Source: Solirubrobacteraceae bacterium (GTDB lineage: Bacteria > Actinomycetota > Thermoleophilia > Solirubrobacterales > Solirubrobacteraceae). From it: DNA of 59,472 nt. The stretch is taken from NCBI GenBank assembly GCA_035264365.1, contig DATFQI010000391.1, forward strand, positions 1 to 59,472. Direction: 5' to 3'. A model generated the notes under the pieces. The model saw only the letters and a list, made by a program, of their open reading frames with translations, was not told the DNA's origin and did no database searches. A program made the translations under genes and the position numbers. Positions 8,744 to 19,538 of the stretch are shown here, in pieces; position 1 is the stretch's first letter; each line of letters starts with the position of its first letter.

Positions 8744-10179
8744 GAGGCCATCCAGGGTTCGTGCCAGCGCCCGTGGCCGGCGATGAGGCGATCCGCCTCG
8801 ACCGGTCCCCACGTGCCCTTGGCATAGGGTTGGACGGGTGGCGGCGCGTCGACCAGCGGCTCCATCACCCGCCAGGCCTCCTCGACGCCGTCCTGGCGCT
8901 TGAAGCGCGTGCTGTCGCCCCGCATCGCGGCGTGCAGCAGCACCTCGTAGGGGGCGGGGACGTCTGCGCCCTCCGTGCCGAGCTCCTTGTCGAGGTTGAT
9001 CGTCTCGGGCCCCGCGGGCTCGCCGCGCTCGGCGTCGAGCGTCAGCCGCACCCCGGTCGAGGGATCCAGCCTGATGACGAGCTGGTTGGCGTCCGGGGCC
9101 TTGCGGTCGTCGAACCCGAGACGAGGTGGTCGCTTGAAGACCAGCCGCAACTCGGTCTGGGTGGCCGGCAGGTGCTTGCCGGCGCGGATGAAGAACGGCA
9201 CGCCCGACCAGCGCCAGGTGTCGACCTCCAGGCGCATCGCGGCGTAGGTCTCGGTCGTCGAGTCCGCCGCGACCCCGTCGATGTCGCGGTACCCGTCGTG
9301 CTGGCCGCGGACGTAGTGCGCCGGATCGCCCGGCGGCATCGCGTGGAAGACGGCGAACAACGCGTTCTTGAGCGTGCCGGGGTCGCGTGCCGCCGGCGGT
9401 TCCATCGCCGCCGCGCCGACGATCTGCATGAGGTGGTTGACCACGACGTCGCGCAGCGCGCCGACCGGGTCGTAGAAGTGCCCGCGATCCTCGACGCCGA
9501 AGCTCTCGGCCATCGTGATCTGGACGCTCGCGACGTGGTGGCGGTGCCAGACCGGCTCGAGGATCGCGTTGGCGAAGCGCAGCCGCAGGATCTCCGCGAG
9601 GCCGAGCTTCCCGAGGTAGTGGTCGATCCGGTAGAGCTGGCGCTCGTCGAGGTGCTCGTGCAGCTCGGCCGCGAGCGCCCGGGCGGAGTCGAGGTCGTGG
9701 CCGAACGGCTTCTCGACGACGACCCGCGCCCCCCGGGTCAGCCCCACGTCCGCCAGGCCCTTCACGACGGCGCCGAACAGGAACGGGGGGATCTCGAGGT
9801 AGAAGACGGGGCTGCGGGCGTCGGCCAGCCGGGCTGCAAGGCGCTGGAAGGTGGCCGGGTCCGCGAAGTCGCCGGCCAGGTAGGAGAGGCGGGCGCTGAA
9901 GCGCGCGAAGACCTCCGGGTCGAGCGGCTCGCCCGACGCGACGATCGCCTCGCGGGCGCGCTGCCGCAGGTCCTCGACGGTCCAGTCGTCGACGGCGACG
10001 CCGACGATCGGACAGCTCAGCAGGCCGCGCGCCTCCAGGCGATAGAGCGAGTGCAGGGTCATCTGCTTCGCGAGGTCGCCGGTGATGCCGAACACCACGA
10101 ACACGTCCGCCGGTTGTGGCGTGTCCGCAGCGCCCGGGATCCCGCGCGTCCGTTGACGGGGTCGTTCGGCGGTGGTCAT
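8740..10179 (-). CDS. zwf: glucose-6-phosphate 1-dehydrogenase
   Basis: ORF 8740..10179, 479 aa. It carries FGITGDLAKQ (dinucleotide site), EKPFGHD and the RIDHYLGK signature. Confidence 0.9.
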   Translation of the reverse strand: MTTAERPRQRTRGIPGAADTPQPADVFVVFGITGDLAKQMTLHSLYRLEARGLLSCPIVGVAVDDWTVEDLRQRAREAIVASGEPLDPEVFARFSARLSYLAGDFADPATFQRLAARLADARSPVFYLEIPPFLFGAVVKGLADVGLTRGARVVVEKPFGHDLDSARALAAELHEHLDERQLYRIDHYLGKLGLAEILRLRFANAILEPVWHRHHVASVQITMAESFGVEDRGHFYDPVGALRDVVVNHLMQIVGAAAMEPPAARDPGTLKNALFAVFHAMPPGDPAHYVRGQHDGYRDIDGVAADSTTETYAAMRLEVDTWRWSGVPFFIRAGKHLPATQTELRLVFKRPPRLGFDDRKAPDANQLVIRLDPSTGVRLTLDAERGEPAGPETINLDKELGTEGADVPAPYEVLLHAAMRGDSTRFKRQDGVEEAWRVMEPLVDAPPPVQPYAKGTWGPVEADRLIAGHGRWHEPWMAS

Positions 10180-10280
10180 GGGAGGCCGTTCCTTCGGGAG
10201 AGCGACGGTGCGCCAGGGGATCGTCGCCCCCGCAGTGGGTCGCGCGCGTCATCCCGATCGGGTGACGGCGCGGCGAGGCT

Positions 10281-10658
10281 CTACGGCCGGTCGGCCCAGA
10301 GCTGACGGAGGCGCCGCGGCGAGAGGTCCTGCTTGCGCACGAAGGCCAGTGCGCCACATCCACACAGCATCGACTCGTCGAGCCCCTCGGCCGACATCAC
10401 GACCACGGCGGTGCCCGGGTGCCGCTCGACGATGGCGCGGGTGGCCGCGATCCCGTCGATCGGCCCCATCCGGTAGTCCATCAGGACGAGGTCAGGGCTC
10501 AGCTCGGCGATGCGCTCCAGCGCACCTTCACCGGAATCGGCCTCCCCGACCAGGGTGAACTCCGGCGTCGCCTCGACGAGCGAGCGTCCCACGGCCCGGA
10601 ACACCTCCTCGTCATCGACGACCACCACCCGTATCCGGGCATCGCCATTCGCGCTCAC
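10281..10658 (-). CDS. stand-alone response-regulator receiver (CheY-like) protein
   Basis: These are the last 125 codons of artefactual ORF 10281..11795. From GTG 10658 it reads VSANGDARIRVVVVDDEEVF...DLVLMDYRMGPIDG...AVVVMSAEG. There is no output domain. The exact start is uncertain. Confidence 0.7.
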   Translation of the reverse strand: MSANGDARIRVVVVDDEEVFRAVGRSLVEATPEFTLVGEADSGEGALERIAELSPDLVLMDYRMGPIDGIAATRAIVERHPGTAVVVMSAEGLDESMLCGCGALAFVRKQDLSPRRLRQLWADRP

Positions 10659-10750
10659 CTTGCCGCCGCAGTACCCCGGATCCGGAGCTTTTATCAAGGC
10701 GGGTGCTACGCGATCGCCGACCCCCCTTGCCTGATCGCCACGGCGGCTGA

Positions 10751-12307
10751 TCAGGCGAGCAGCGCGGCGGGGATCGCGGCGACGATCCGCGTGCCGCCGC
10801 GCGGCGGGCTGAGGATCTCCAGCGTGCCGCCCACGGCGTCCACACGGTCTTGGAGCCCCTCGAGGCCCGAGCCCGGTCTGGCGACCGCGCCGCCGGGGCC
10901 CTCGTCGGCGATCTCGACGTGCAGCGTCCCGTGCGAAAGCGCGACGCGAACCTGCACGGCGGTCGGGCTGGCGTACTTGCGAGCGTTCGCGATGGCCTCC
11001 GAGACGACGAAGTACGCCGTCGCCTCGACGGTGGGGTTCAGCCGGGAGGACGGAACCTCGAGCAGCTGGATCGGCGTCGTCGATCGCAGCGCGATGCTGC
11101 GCAGTGCGTTGGGGAGCCCGAGGTCGGTGAGCGCGGACGGATGGATGCCGTGGGCGAGCTCGCGCAGCTCGTCGATCGCGAGCGCCAGCTCCTGGCTGGC
11201 GTCGTCGAACATCCCGGCGGCGGCCGCTGGGTACTCCCGGGCGCGCTCCTCGTACATGCCCAGCTGCACGATCAGCGACGTCAGCCGCTGCTGCGCCCCG
11301 TCGTGCAGGTTCTGCTCGATCCGCCGCCGCTCCGTGTCGGCCGACCGGACCAGCCGGGTGCGCGAGGCGGCCAGGCGCTGCGTCACGTCCTCTCGCTCGG
11401 CCACGACCACCGCGAGGAAGAGCGTGGAGATCGTCGCGGTCGCGATGTAGAGCTGGGCGCTGAGCTCGCTGTAGGTGACCGACTCGTAGGCGAACGGGCC
11501 GACCTGCCGCGTCGTCTCCCAGACGGCGAACCCCGCCGCGACGGCGATCACCACCGTCGCGCCGTGCCGGCCAAGCCGCAGCGCGGCCCAGATCAGCACC
11601 GGGAACACGATGTAGGCGAGCGGGCGGCTCGCGTGCTGGGCGACCTCGCTGAGCGCGAGGAGCGCGATGAGCAAGAGCGCGGCCTCGAGGCCGCGGCGCC
11701 GCCACCAGTTGCGGCTCGGCGGGCGCGCCCACACGAGCGCAAGCGGCAGCACGAGCAGCGCGCCGGAGGCGTCGCCGAGCCACCACGTCCGCCATACGCG
11801 GGGCAGCTCGCCGCTCGGGACGACGTCGCCGAGCCAGAGCGAGAGCATTCCGATCGTCGCGCTCACAGTCGTCCCGGCGACGATGGCGACGAGCATGAGC
11901 CCGAGGCCTCGGACAGAGCTCAGCGGATCGCCGCGCGGCACGAACCTCCGCAGCAGCATCGTGATCACCAGGACCTCGAGGAGGTTGCCCGTCGTCTGCC
12001 CGAGCGCCGACCCGATCGGGAGCGCGTGATAGTCGTTCGCCAGCAGGTCGCCGAGCAGGACGCCCGGCCAGTAGCGCATCCCGCCGAGGTAGAGGAACGC
12101 CACGCCGATGCCGACCGGCAGCCAGACGATCGCGGCGACCGGGCCGGCGAACTGCAGCGCATAACCGATCTCCGCCGCGCCGCGATAGAGCACGGCGAGG
12201 GCGACCACGCCGATCAGGTAGCGGATGCGAGGCTCCGCGAACAGGGTGACCGCGGGAGCGCGCTCGGCGATCCGCGGTCCCTCAGCTGCGGCAGCCCGAG
12301 TCGGCAT
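10751..12307 (-). CDS. MASE1-domain sensor histidine kinase (HisKA_3 + HATPase_c, NarL-partner type)
   Basis: ORF 10751..12307, 518 aa. The N-terminal polytopic region (AAIVWLPVGIGVAFLYLGGMRYWPGVLLGDLLAN) is MASE1-like. The H-box is ERRRIEQNLHDGAQQRL. The ATPase region includes EAIANARKYA ... GSGLEGLQDRV. Confidence 0.82.
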   Translation of the reverse strand: MPTRAAAAEGPRIAERAPAVTLFAEPRIRYLIGVVALAVLYRGAAEIGYALQFAGPVAAIVWLPVGIGVAFLYLGGMRYWPGVLLGDLLANDYHALPIGSALGQTTGNLLEVLVITMLLRRFVPRGDPLSSVRGLGLMLVAIVAGTTVSATIGMLSLWLGDVVPSGELPRVWRTWWLGDASGALLVLPLALVWARPPSRNWWRRRGLEAALLLIALLALSEVAQHASRPLAYIVFPVLIWAALRLGRHGATVVIAVAAGFAVWETTRQVGPFAYESVTYSELSAQLYIATATISTLFLAVVVAEREDVTQRLAASRTRLVRSADTERRRIEQNLHDGAQQRLTSLIVQLGMYEERAREYPAAAAGMFDDASQELALAIDELRELAHGIHPSALTDLGLPNALRSIALRSTTPIQLLEVPSSRLNPTVEATAYFVVSEAIANARKYASPTAVQVRVALSHGTLHVEIADEGPGGAVARPGSGLEGLQDRVDAVGGTLEILSPPRGGTRIVAAIPAALLA

Positions 12308-12377
12308 GACCCGGGGAGCATCCCAACCCGCTTCGAGACGTGCAACTTGTGAACGCCGACCGGTCCCGCGCTCGCGG

Positions 12378-14504
12378 TCACGGCTGGAGGAGACGGTCGA
12401 TCGTGATCGGAAGTGACCGGATCCGCCGCCCCGTGGCGTGAAAGACCGCGTTCGCGACTGCCGGGGCGATCCCGGCCAGGCCGATCTCGCCGATCCCTTT
12501 CGTCCCGGTCGGGGTCATGCGGTCCGGTCCGCCGACGAACGTCACCTCGATGTCCGGGACGTCGGCGTTGACGGGAATGAGGTAGTCGCCGAACGTCGCG
12601 TTCGCGATCCGCCCCGTCTCGGCGTCCGTGATCGTCTCCTCGAAGATGGCTTGGCCGATGCCACCGATGGTCCCGCCGACTATCTGGCTGCGCGCGAGCT
12701 TCTCGTTGAGGATCCGCCCGCCGTCTACGACAGAGACGATCCGCGCGATCCGGATCACCCCGAGATCGCGGTCCACGTGGACTTCGACGAACTTGGCCGC
12801 GAACGCGCCGGACGGTGCCATTCCGAGAACCTGCGGATCGGGCGGCGTGCTCTCGGCATCGGTCGACAGCTCGGTCAGCCCCCGGCGGGCGAGCACGTCG
12901 GCATATGACTCACCGGTCCTCCGCCCGAGCTCGCCGAGCCGTTCCACCACCGCCTTGCAGGCGAGGTGGACCGCGTTGCCGAGCGCGCCCGTGAGTCCGG
13001 AACCGCCGGCGGCCGGCGACCAGGGCATGTCGGAGTCGCCGAGCCCGACACGCACCTGCGAGAGCTCGAGGCCGAGCAGCTCGGCGGCGAGCTGCTGCAT
13101 CACCGTGTAGGTACCGGTGCCGATGTCGGTGGCGGCGCTGCGGACGTCCGCCGTGCCGTCGGCGCCGATCGTCACCCGCACCCGGCAGCGGACCTGCCAC
13201 CAGGGGTAGCTGACCCCCGCCAGGCCGTACCCGACCTGCCATCGACCATCGGTCATCGAGGCCACGCGCGGGTCGCGCGCGGTCCATCCGAACCGCTCCG
13301 CGCCGACCGCGCAGCACTCGCGCAACGCCTTGCTGGACCACGGGAGGCCGAGCTGCGGGTGCGTCTCGGCGTAGTTGCGCAGCCGCAGCTCCAACGGGTC
13401 GATCCGCAGCTCGTAGGCGAGCTCGTCGAGCGCCGATTCCAGGGCGAAGCTGCCCTGGGCGTGGCCCGGTGCTCGCATCGATCCCGGGCACGGGATGTTC
13501 AGCCGCCGCTGGATGTCCCGCGCGGAGAGGTTCGCGCAGGCGTAGCCATCCGCCGCGACGCCTGAGACCGGCTCGAGGTTGTCGTCCTCCATCGCGACGG
13601 ATTGCAGCGCCTCGTGCTCGATCGCCACCAGCTCACCGTCGCGCTTGGCGCCGACCCGGAGCCGCTGAACCGTGCTCGGGCGGTGACCGACGCCGGTGAA
13701 CATCTCCGGCCGCGTGAGCGTGACCTTGACCGGCCGCCGTACGACGCGGGCCGCCAGGGCCGCGAGGACGACGTGCGGCCACGCACGCAGCCCGGCACCG
13801 AAGCCGCCGCCCACGTACGGCGCGTGGACGCGGACGCTGGGCTCGGGCAACCCGAACGCCGCTGCCACGGTGGTGCGCACGTTGGAAGTCCACTGCGACG
13901 CGTCGTGGAGGACGAGCCCGTCGCCCTGCCAGGCGGCGACGGTGGTGAACAGCCCGAGCGGGTTGTTCGTGTTGTCCGCCGTCGTGTAGACCGCCTCGTG
14001 CACGACGTCGGCGTCAGCGAGCCCCGCCTCGACGTCGCCGCGCGCCGCGTCCCAGCCGAACGGGTTCGCCACGCTCTCGCCGCGCGGGTCGTCGAGGTCG
14101 AGCGCCGCCTCGGCGCGGTCATAGGTCACCACCACGCGTCGTGCCGCTTCGGCGGCCTGCTGGGGCGTGTCCGCGACGACGACCGCGACGTACTGCCCGT
14201 TGTGCAGGATCCGGTCGTCCTGCAACGGCGCCGGCGGCGGCGGCCCGAGCACCGAGGCCGCGGCCCGGCCGAGCCGCGGAGCGTTGTCGTGGGTGATGAT
14301 CGCCTGGACGCCGCCGACCGCCTCGGCCGCCGTGACCTCGATGGCGAGGATCCGGCCGGCCGCGATGGTGCTTCGCACGAACGCCGCGTGCGCCATGTCG
14401 GGATAGCGGACGTCCGAGGGATACGGCGCGGCGCCGGCGACCTTGAGCCGGCCGTCGACCCGGTCGACCGGCGCCCCGGTCGCGGGCCCGGACGTGGCGG
14501 TCAT
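12378..14504 (-). CDS. xanthine dehydrogenase/aldehyde oxidase-family molybdopterin-binding large subunit
   Basis: Track ORF 12378..14675 trimmed to ATG 14504 (MTATSGPATGAPVDRVDGRLKVAGAAPYPSD...). ATGA overlap with the FAD-subunit stop at 14501-14504. The length (708 aa) and the GGGFG and MRAPG-type segments fit the family. Confidence 0.88.
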   Translation of the reverse strand: MTATSGPATGAPVDRVDGRLKVAGAAPYPSDVRYPDMAHAAFVRSTIAAGRILAIEVTAAEAVGGVQAIITHDNAPRLGRAAASVLGPPPPAPLQDDRILHNGQYVAVVVADTPQQAAEAARRVVVTYDRAEAALDLDDPRGESVANPFGWDAARGDVEAGLADADVVHEAVYTTADNTNNPLGLFTTVAAWQGDGLVLHDASQWTSNVRTTVAAAFGLPEPSVRVHAPYVGGGFGAGLRAWPHVVLAALAARVVRRPVKVTLTRPEMFTGVGHRPSTVQRLRVGAKRDGELVAIEHEALQSVAMEDDNLEPVSGVAADGYACANLSARDIQRRLNIPCPGSMRAPGHAQGSFALESALDELAYELRIDPLELRLRNYAETHPQLGLPWSSKALRECCAVGAERFGWTARDPRVASMTDGRWQVGYGLAGVSYPWWQVRCRVRVTIGADGTADVRSAATDIGTGTYTVMQQLAAELLGLELSQVRVGLGDSDMPWSPAAGGSGLTGALGNAVHLACKAVVERLGELGRRTGESYADVLARRGLTELSTDAESTPPDPQVLGMAPSGAFAAKFVEVHVDRDLGVIRIARIVSVVDGGRILNEKLARSQIVGGTIGGIGQAIFEETITDAETGRIANATFGDYLIPVNADVPDIEVTFVGGPDRMTPTGTKGIGEIGLAGIAPAVANAVFHATGRRIRSLPITIDRLLQP

Positions 14505-15484
14505 GCGACCAGGTCCTCGAGTGCGCGGACGATGGCCCGCTCGGCGAGCGTCACCTTGAAGCGCGTTCCCTCGACCGTGTAAGGGTCGATGATCGCCGCG
14601 TTCGCGGCGGCCGCGAACAGCGCGCGCCCTGGACGACCGCCGATCAGGACCTGCTCGGCGGCGCGAGCACGCCACGGGATCGTCCCGACCCCGCCCAGCC
14701 CCACCCGCGCCTGCACGATGACGCCATCCTCGACGACCAGTGCGGCGGCCACCGAGACCAACGCGAACTCGTAGGACGCGCGGTCTCTGATCTTCACGTA
14801 ACCCGAGCGCGCGCCGGCCGGCAGCAACGGGACTTCGATCGCGGTGATCAGCTCGCCGTGGACGAGCACGTTCTCGACGTCCGGCCGATCGCCGGGAAGG
14901 ACGTAGAGCTCCGTGAGCGGGACGGTGCGTTCCCCGTCACGGCCCTGGACGTGCACGATCGCGTCGAGTGCGACGAGCGCCACGCACAGGTCGGAGGCAT
15001 GCAGGGCGATGCAGTGCTCGCTCGCGCCGAGGATCGCGTGCATCCTGGCGGCGCCGTGGATCGCTGCGCAACCCGAGCCCGGCGCGCGCTTGTTACAGGC
15101 GGCGACCGCCGGATCGCGGAAGTAGCGACAGCGCGTGCGCTGCAGGACATTTCCTCCGATCGTCGCCATGTTGCGGAGCTGCACGGAGGCGCCGTGCAGC
15201 AGCGCCTCGCGGACGCATGGGAGCCGTTCGGCGACCGTGGCGTCGGCGGCGAGCTCCTCCATCGTCGTCAGCGCCCCGACGTGCAGCGCGTCCCCGATCC
15301 GCGCGATGCCGCGCAGCGGGAGCCGCGTGATGTCGACGAGACGGCGCGGCTCCACGACGCCGTCCTTGAGCATCAGATCGACCTGGGTCGTACCGCCCGC
15401 GAGATAGGCGGCATCCGGGTCGCCGGTCACGATCTCGACCGCCGCGGCGGTATCGCTCGCACTCGTGTACTCGAACGGTCGCAT
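14501..15484 (-). CDS. molybdenum hydroxylase FAD-binding medium subunit (CoxM/XdhB-like)
   Basis: ORF 14501..15484, 327 aa. MRPFEYTSASD...AYLAGGTTQVDLMK-like and RNMATIGGNV motifs belong to the FAD_binding_5 family. Confidence 0.88.
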   Translation of the reverse strand: MRPFEYTSASDTAAAVEIVTGDPDAAYLAGGTTQVDLMLKDGVVEPRRLVDITRLPLRGIARIGDALHVGALTTMEELAADATVAERLPCVREALLHGASVQLRNMATIGGNVLQRTRCRYFRDPAVAACNKRAPGSGCAAIHGAARMHAILGASEHCIALHASDLCVALVALDAIVHVQGRDGERTVPLTELYVLPGDRPDVENVLVHGELITAIEVPLLPAGARSGYVKIRDRASYEFALVSVAAALVVEDGVIVQARVGLGGVGTIPWRARAAEQVLIGGRPGRALFAAAANAAIIDPYTVEGTRFKVTLAERAIVRALEDLVA

Positions 15485-15487
15485 CGC

Positions 15488-15964
15488 TCAGGTCGCCGGG
15501 CGCTGCGCGACGTCGCGGATCGCGGCGCGGATGTTCGGGTACGCGCCACAGCGGCACAGGTTGCCGCTCATGAACTCCTTGATCTCCTCGTCGGAGCCGG
15601 CCCGCCCCTCCTCGAGCAAGGCCACGGCGGACATGATCTGGCCCGGCGTGCAGTAGCCGCACTGAAATCCGTCGTGCCGGACGAACGCCGCCTGCATCGG
15701 ATGCAACTCGCCGTCTTCACCGGACAGCCCCTCGATCGTGGTGACCTCGCGGCCGTCGCTCTGCGCCGCGAGCGTCAAGCACGACAAGACGCGCCTGCCA
15801 TCGAGGAGCACCGTGCACGCCCCGCACGCACCCTGGTCGCACCCCTTCTTCGTGCCGGTCAGCCCGAGGTGATCGCGCAGCGCGTCCAGCAGCGTGACCC
15901 GGCTGTCGATCTCCAAGCGCGCGGAGCTGCCGTTGACCCGCAGCGTCACGCTGCACGCGCTCAT
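15488..15964 (-). CDS. (2Fe-2S)-binding small subunit of the molybdenum hydroxylase
   Basis: ORF 15488..15964, 158 aa. It has [11 protein letters not shown] (plant-type cluster) and [13 protein letters not shown] (second cluster). Confidence 0.9.
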   Translation of the reverse strand: MSACSVTLRVNGSSARLEIDSRVTLLDALRDHLGLTGTKKGCDQGACGACTVLLDGRRVLSCLTLAAQSDGREVTTIEGLSGEDGELHPMQAAFVRHDGFQCGYCTPGQIMSAVALLEEGRAGSDEEIKEFMSGNLCRCGAYPNIRAAIRDVAQRPAT

Positions 15965-16845
15965 CGCGCGGCCGACTTCGCGGCCGGGCTCCCCGCCCCG
16001 TCCAGGCGGGCGAACTCCTCGTCGGTCAGCGTCAGGTCCACCGCCGCGACGTTCTCCTCGAGGTGGGCGACGGTGGTCGTGCCCGGGATCGGCAGCATCA
16101 CCGGACTGCGCTTCAGCAGCCAGGCGAGGGAGACCTGGCCGGGAGTCGCCCCGTGCGCCGCAGCGACCTCGCCGACGAAGCCGTCGGGCTTCGACAGCTC
16201 ACCAGAGGCGAGCGGGAACCACGGCATGAACCCGATCCCCTCGCGCTCGCAGTACTCGAGCACGTCTTCGTCCGCCTGGTCGGCGAGGTTGTAGCCGTTC
16301 TGCACGGTCGCGACGTCGAAGACCTGGCGCGCCGCTTCGATCTGCTCGACCGAGACGTTGGAGAGCCCGAGGTGGCGCACCTTGCCCTCGTCCTGCAGTT
16401 CCTTCAGGACGCCGAACTGCTCCTCCTGCGGCACCTTCGCGTCGATCCGGTGCAGCTGAAGCAGGTCGATCGTCTCGACGTCGAGCCGGCGCAGGCACAT
16501 CATCGTGGCCGCGCGAAGGTACTCCGGACGGCCGACCGCCGGCCACGGGCTGACGTCGTCCTCGCCCCAGCGGAGGTGGCCGACCTTCGTCGCAACGACG
16601 AGGCCGTCGTAGGGATGGAGCGCCTCCCGGATCATGTCCTCCGAGATGAACGGCCCGTACGCGTCGGCCGTGTCGATGAGGTCGACCCCCAGCTCGGGGA
16701 GCCGGCGCAGCGTGCGCATCGCCTCGTCCCGATCGGCCGGCGGGCCCCAGAACCCCCTGCCCGTGATGCGCATGGCCCCGTACCCGAGGCGGTTCACCTC
16801 GAGCTCTCTTCCGATCTTGAAGGCCATCGCTGCGGTTGCGGGCAT
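15961..16845 (-). CDS. aldo/keto reductase
   Basis: ORF 15961..16845, 294 aa. [10 protein letters not shown]...[13 protein letters not shown]...HLGLSN is the AKR signature. Its stop overlaps the 2Fe-2S start (ATGA 15961-15964). Confidence 0.88.
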   Translation of the reverse strand: MPATAAMAFKIGRELEVNRLGYGAMRITGRGFWGPPADRDEAMRTLRRLPELGVDLIDTADAYGPFISEDMIREALHPYDGLVVATKVGHLRWGEDDVSPWPAVGRPEYLRAATMMCLRRLDVETIDLLQLHRIDAKVPQEEQFGVLKELQDEGKVRHLGLSNVSVEQIEAARQVFDVATVQNGYNLADQADEDVLEYCEREGIGFMPWFPLASGELSKPDGFVGEVAAAHGATPGQVSLAWLLKRSPVMLPIPGTTTVAHLEENVAAVDLTLTDEEFARLDGAGSPAAKSAAR

Positions 16846-16934
16846 GCGGGTGATGCTGCTCTGATCGCGAGCAACCGCCGATAACGAGACGCGATCAGGT
16901 CAGATCGGATCCCGCCTGCACGCTCCCGCCGGGC

Positions 16935-17051
16935 TCAGGGAGCCCGTTGCGCAGCGTCGCGGACTGCAAGCTCGACCGCGAGGCCCAGCAGGCCGGACAC
17001 GACCGGCGGCTCTGCAACGGCCACGAAGTACCTCGACTGGCGGAGTTCCAC
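16935..17051 (-). pseudogene. possible relic of a LysR-type regulator N-terminus (38 codons)
   Basis: My translation from GTG 17051 (GAGGA 7 nt upstream) gives VELRQSRYFVAVAEPPVVSGLLG...*. The string ELRQ.RYFVAVAE is the classic LysR N-terminal opening. It degenerates immediately afterwards and stops at 16935. Confidence 0.3.
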
Positions 17052-17198
17052 GGCGGTGTCCTCTCATCGACGGAAGCGTTGGAGATGCCTTACGACAAGG
17101 TCCCGCGCAGGCGGCCGCCCGCACATGCCCCCGGGCCGGAAAGCGATCTCCGGCTAGCCCTACCTTCTCGCGTGCGCGCGCTTGCGAGGATCGCCGTG

Positions 17199-17576
17199 AT
17201 GGCCACCACCGTGCTCGTGATCGACGACGACCCGGCGTTCCGCGCGCTGGCGGTGCGAATGCTCGTGGGCATGGGGCTCGCGGTTGTCGGCGAGGCCGGC
17301 ACGGTCGAGGGGGCGAGGAAGGCCGCCGACTCCCTGCGCCCGGAATCCGCCCTGGTCGACGTCGGGCTGCCCGACGGTGACGGTGTCACGCTCGCCGGCA
17401 TGCTCGCATCGCTGCCGTGGCGCCCTCGCATCGTCCTCACCTCGAGCGACCCCGAGGCAACCACGCCCGCGGACGCTCGCTCGGTCGGCGCCGCTTCCTT
17501 CATAGCCAAGGACGACCTCCCCGAGAGCGGGCTCCGCGCGCTGCTCACCGGCCCCGGCGAGCCGGAGTACGGTTGA
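17199..17576 (+). CDS. stand-alone response-regulator receiver protein
   Basis: Track ORF 16947..17576 trimmed to ATG 17199, with GAGGA 8 nt upstream. It reads MATTVLVIDDDPAFRALAV...ALVDVGLPDGDG...IVLTSS. There is no output domain. Confidence 0.72.
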   Translation: MATTVLVIDDDPAFRALAVRMLVGMGLAVVGEAGTVEGARKAADSLRPESALVDVGLPDGDGVTLAGMLASLPWRPRIVLTSSDPEATTPADARSVGAASFIAKDDLPESGLRALLTGPGEPEYG

Positions 17577-17579
17577 GCG

Positions 17580-18239
17580 ATGCCCGTACGAGTCCTGGTC
17601 GGCGAGGACGACGTCCTGCTCCGGGAAGGGATCGTGCGGATCCTCGAGGGCGCCGGGCTCGAGGTCGTCGCCCAGACCGGGAACGCCGATGACTTCCTCC
17701 GTCGCGCGAAGGCGCATCGGCCCGATGTGGCGGTGGTCGACGTCCAGATGCCTCCGGGCAACGAGGACGACGGGCTCCGCGCCGCGGTCGAGCTGCGTGA
17801 CGACATCCCCGAGACAGGCGTCCTCGTGCTCTCGCAGTTCTTCGAGGAGTCCTACGCGGTCGACCTGATCGGCGACCACGCCGAGGGTGTGGGCTACCTG
17901 CTCAAGGAACGGGTGGGAGACGTCTCGGCCTTCATCGACGCGGTGTGCCGCGTCGCCGACGGCGGCACCGCGCTCGACCCGGAGATCGTCGGCCGCATGC
18001 TGGGCCGGCGCCGTACCGCCGGGCCGCTCGACGACCTCAGCCCGCGCGAGCTCGACGTGCTCGGCGAGATGGCCGAAGGCAAGTCGAATCGCGGCATCGC
18101 GGAAGCCCTGGTCGTCTCCGACGCGGCGGTCGAGAAGCACGTGACCAACATCTTCCGCAAGCTCCAGATCGAGGCGACCCCGACCGAGCATCGCCGGGTC
18201 CTCGCGGTCTTGCGCTACGTCGGCGCCGCCCGCCACTAG
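17580..18239 (+). CDS. NarL/LuxR-family response regulator
   Basis: ORF 17580..18239, 219 aa. The receiver reads VLVGEDDVLLREG...VAVVDVQMPP. The GerE HTH reads LSPRELDVLGEMAEGKSNRGIAEALVVSDAAVEKHVTNIFRKL. It is a close paralog of 25746..26390. Confidence 0.9.
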   Translation: MPVRVLVGEDDVLLREGIVRILEGAGLEVVAQTGNADDFLRRAKAHRPDVAVVDVQMPPGNEDDGLRAAVELRDDIPETGVLVLSQFFEESYAVDLIGDHAEGVGYLLKERVGDVSAFIDAVCRVADGGTALDPEIVGRMLGRRRTAGPLDDLSPRELDVLGEMAEGKSNRGIAEALVVSDAAVEKHVTNIFRKLQIEATPTEHRRVLAVLRYVGAARH

Positions 18240-18290
18240 GCGTCGGCGCCGCCCGCCGAGCCACTGGCCCGGCGAGCGGCGGCAGCTTGG

Positions 18291-19538
<1,248 letters not shown>

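Noticed and set aside
18240-18290. Possible bidirectional terminator between the convergent NarL regulator and ABC ATPase genes.
   Set aside because: Only short imperfect GC pairings (GCCGCC...GGCGGC) can be drawn, and there is no U tract. This is not distinguishable from background in this GC-rich DNA.
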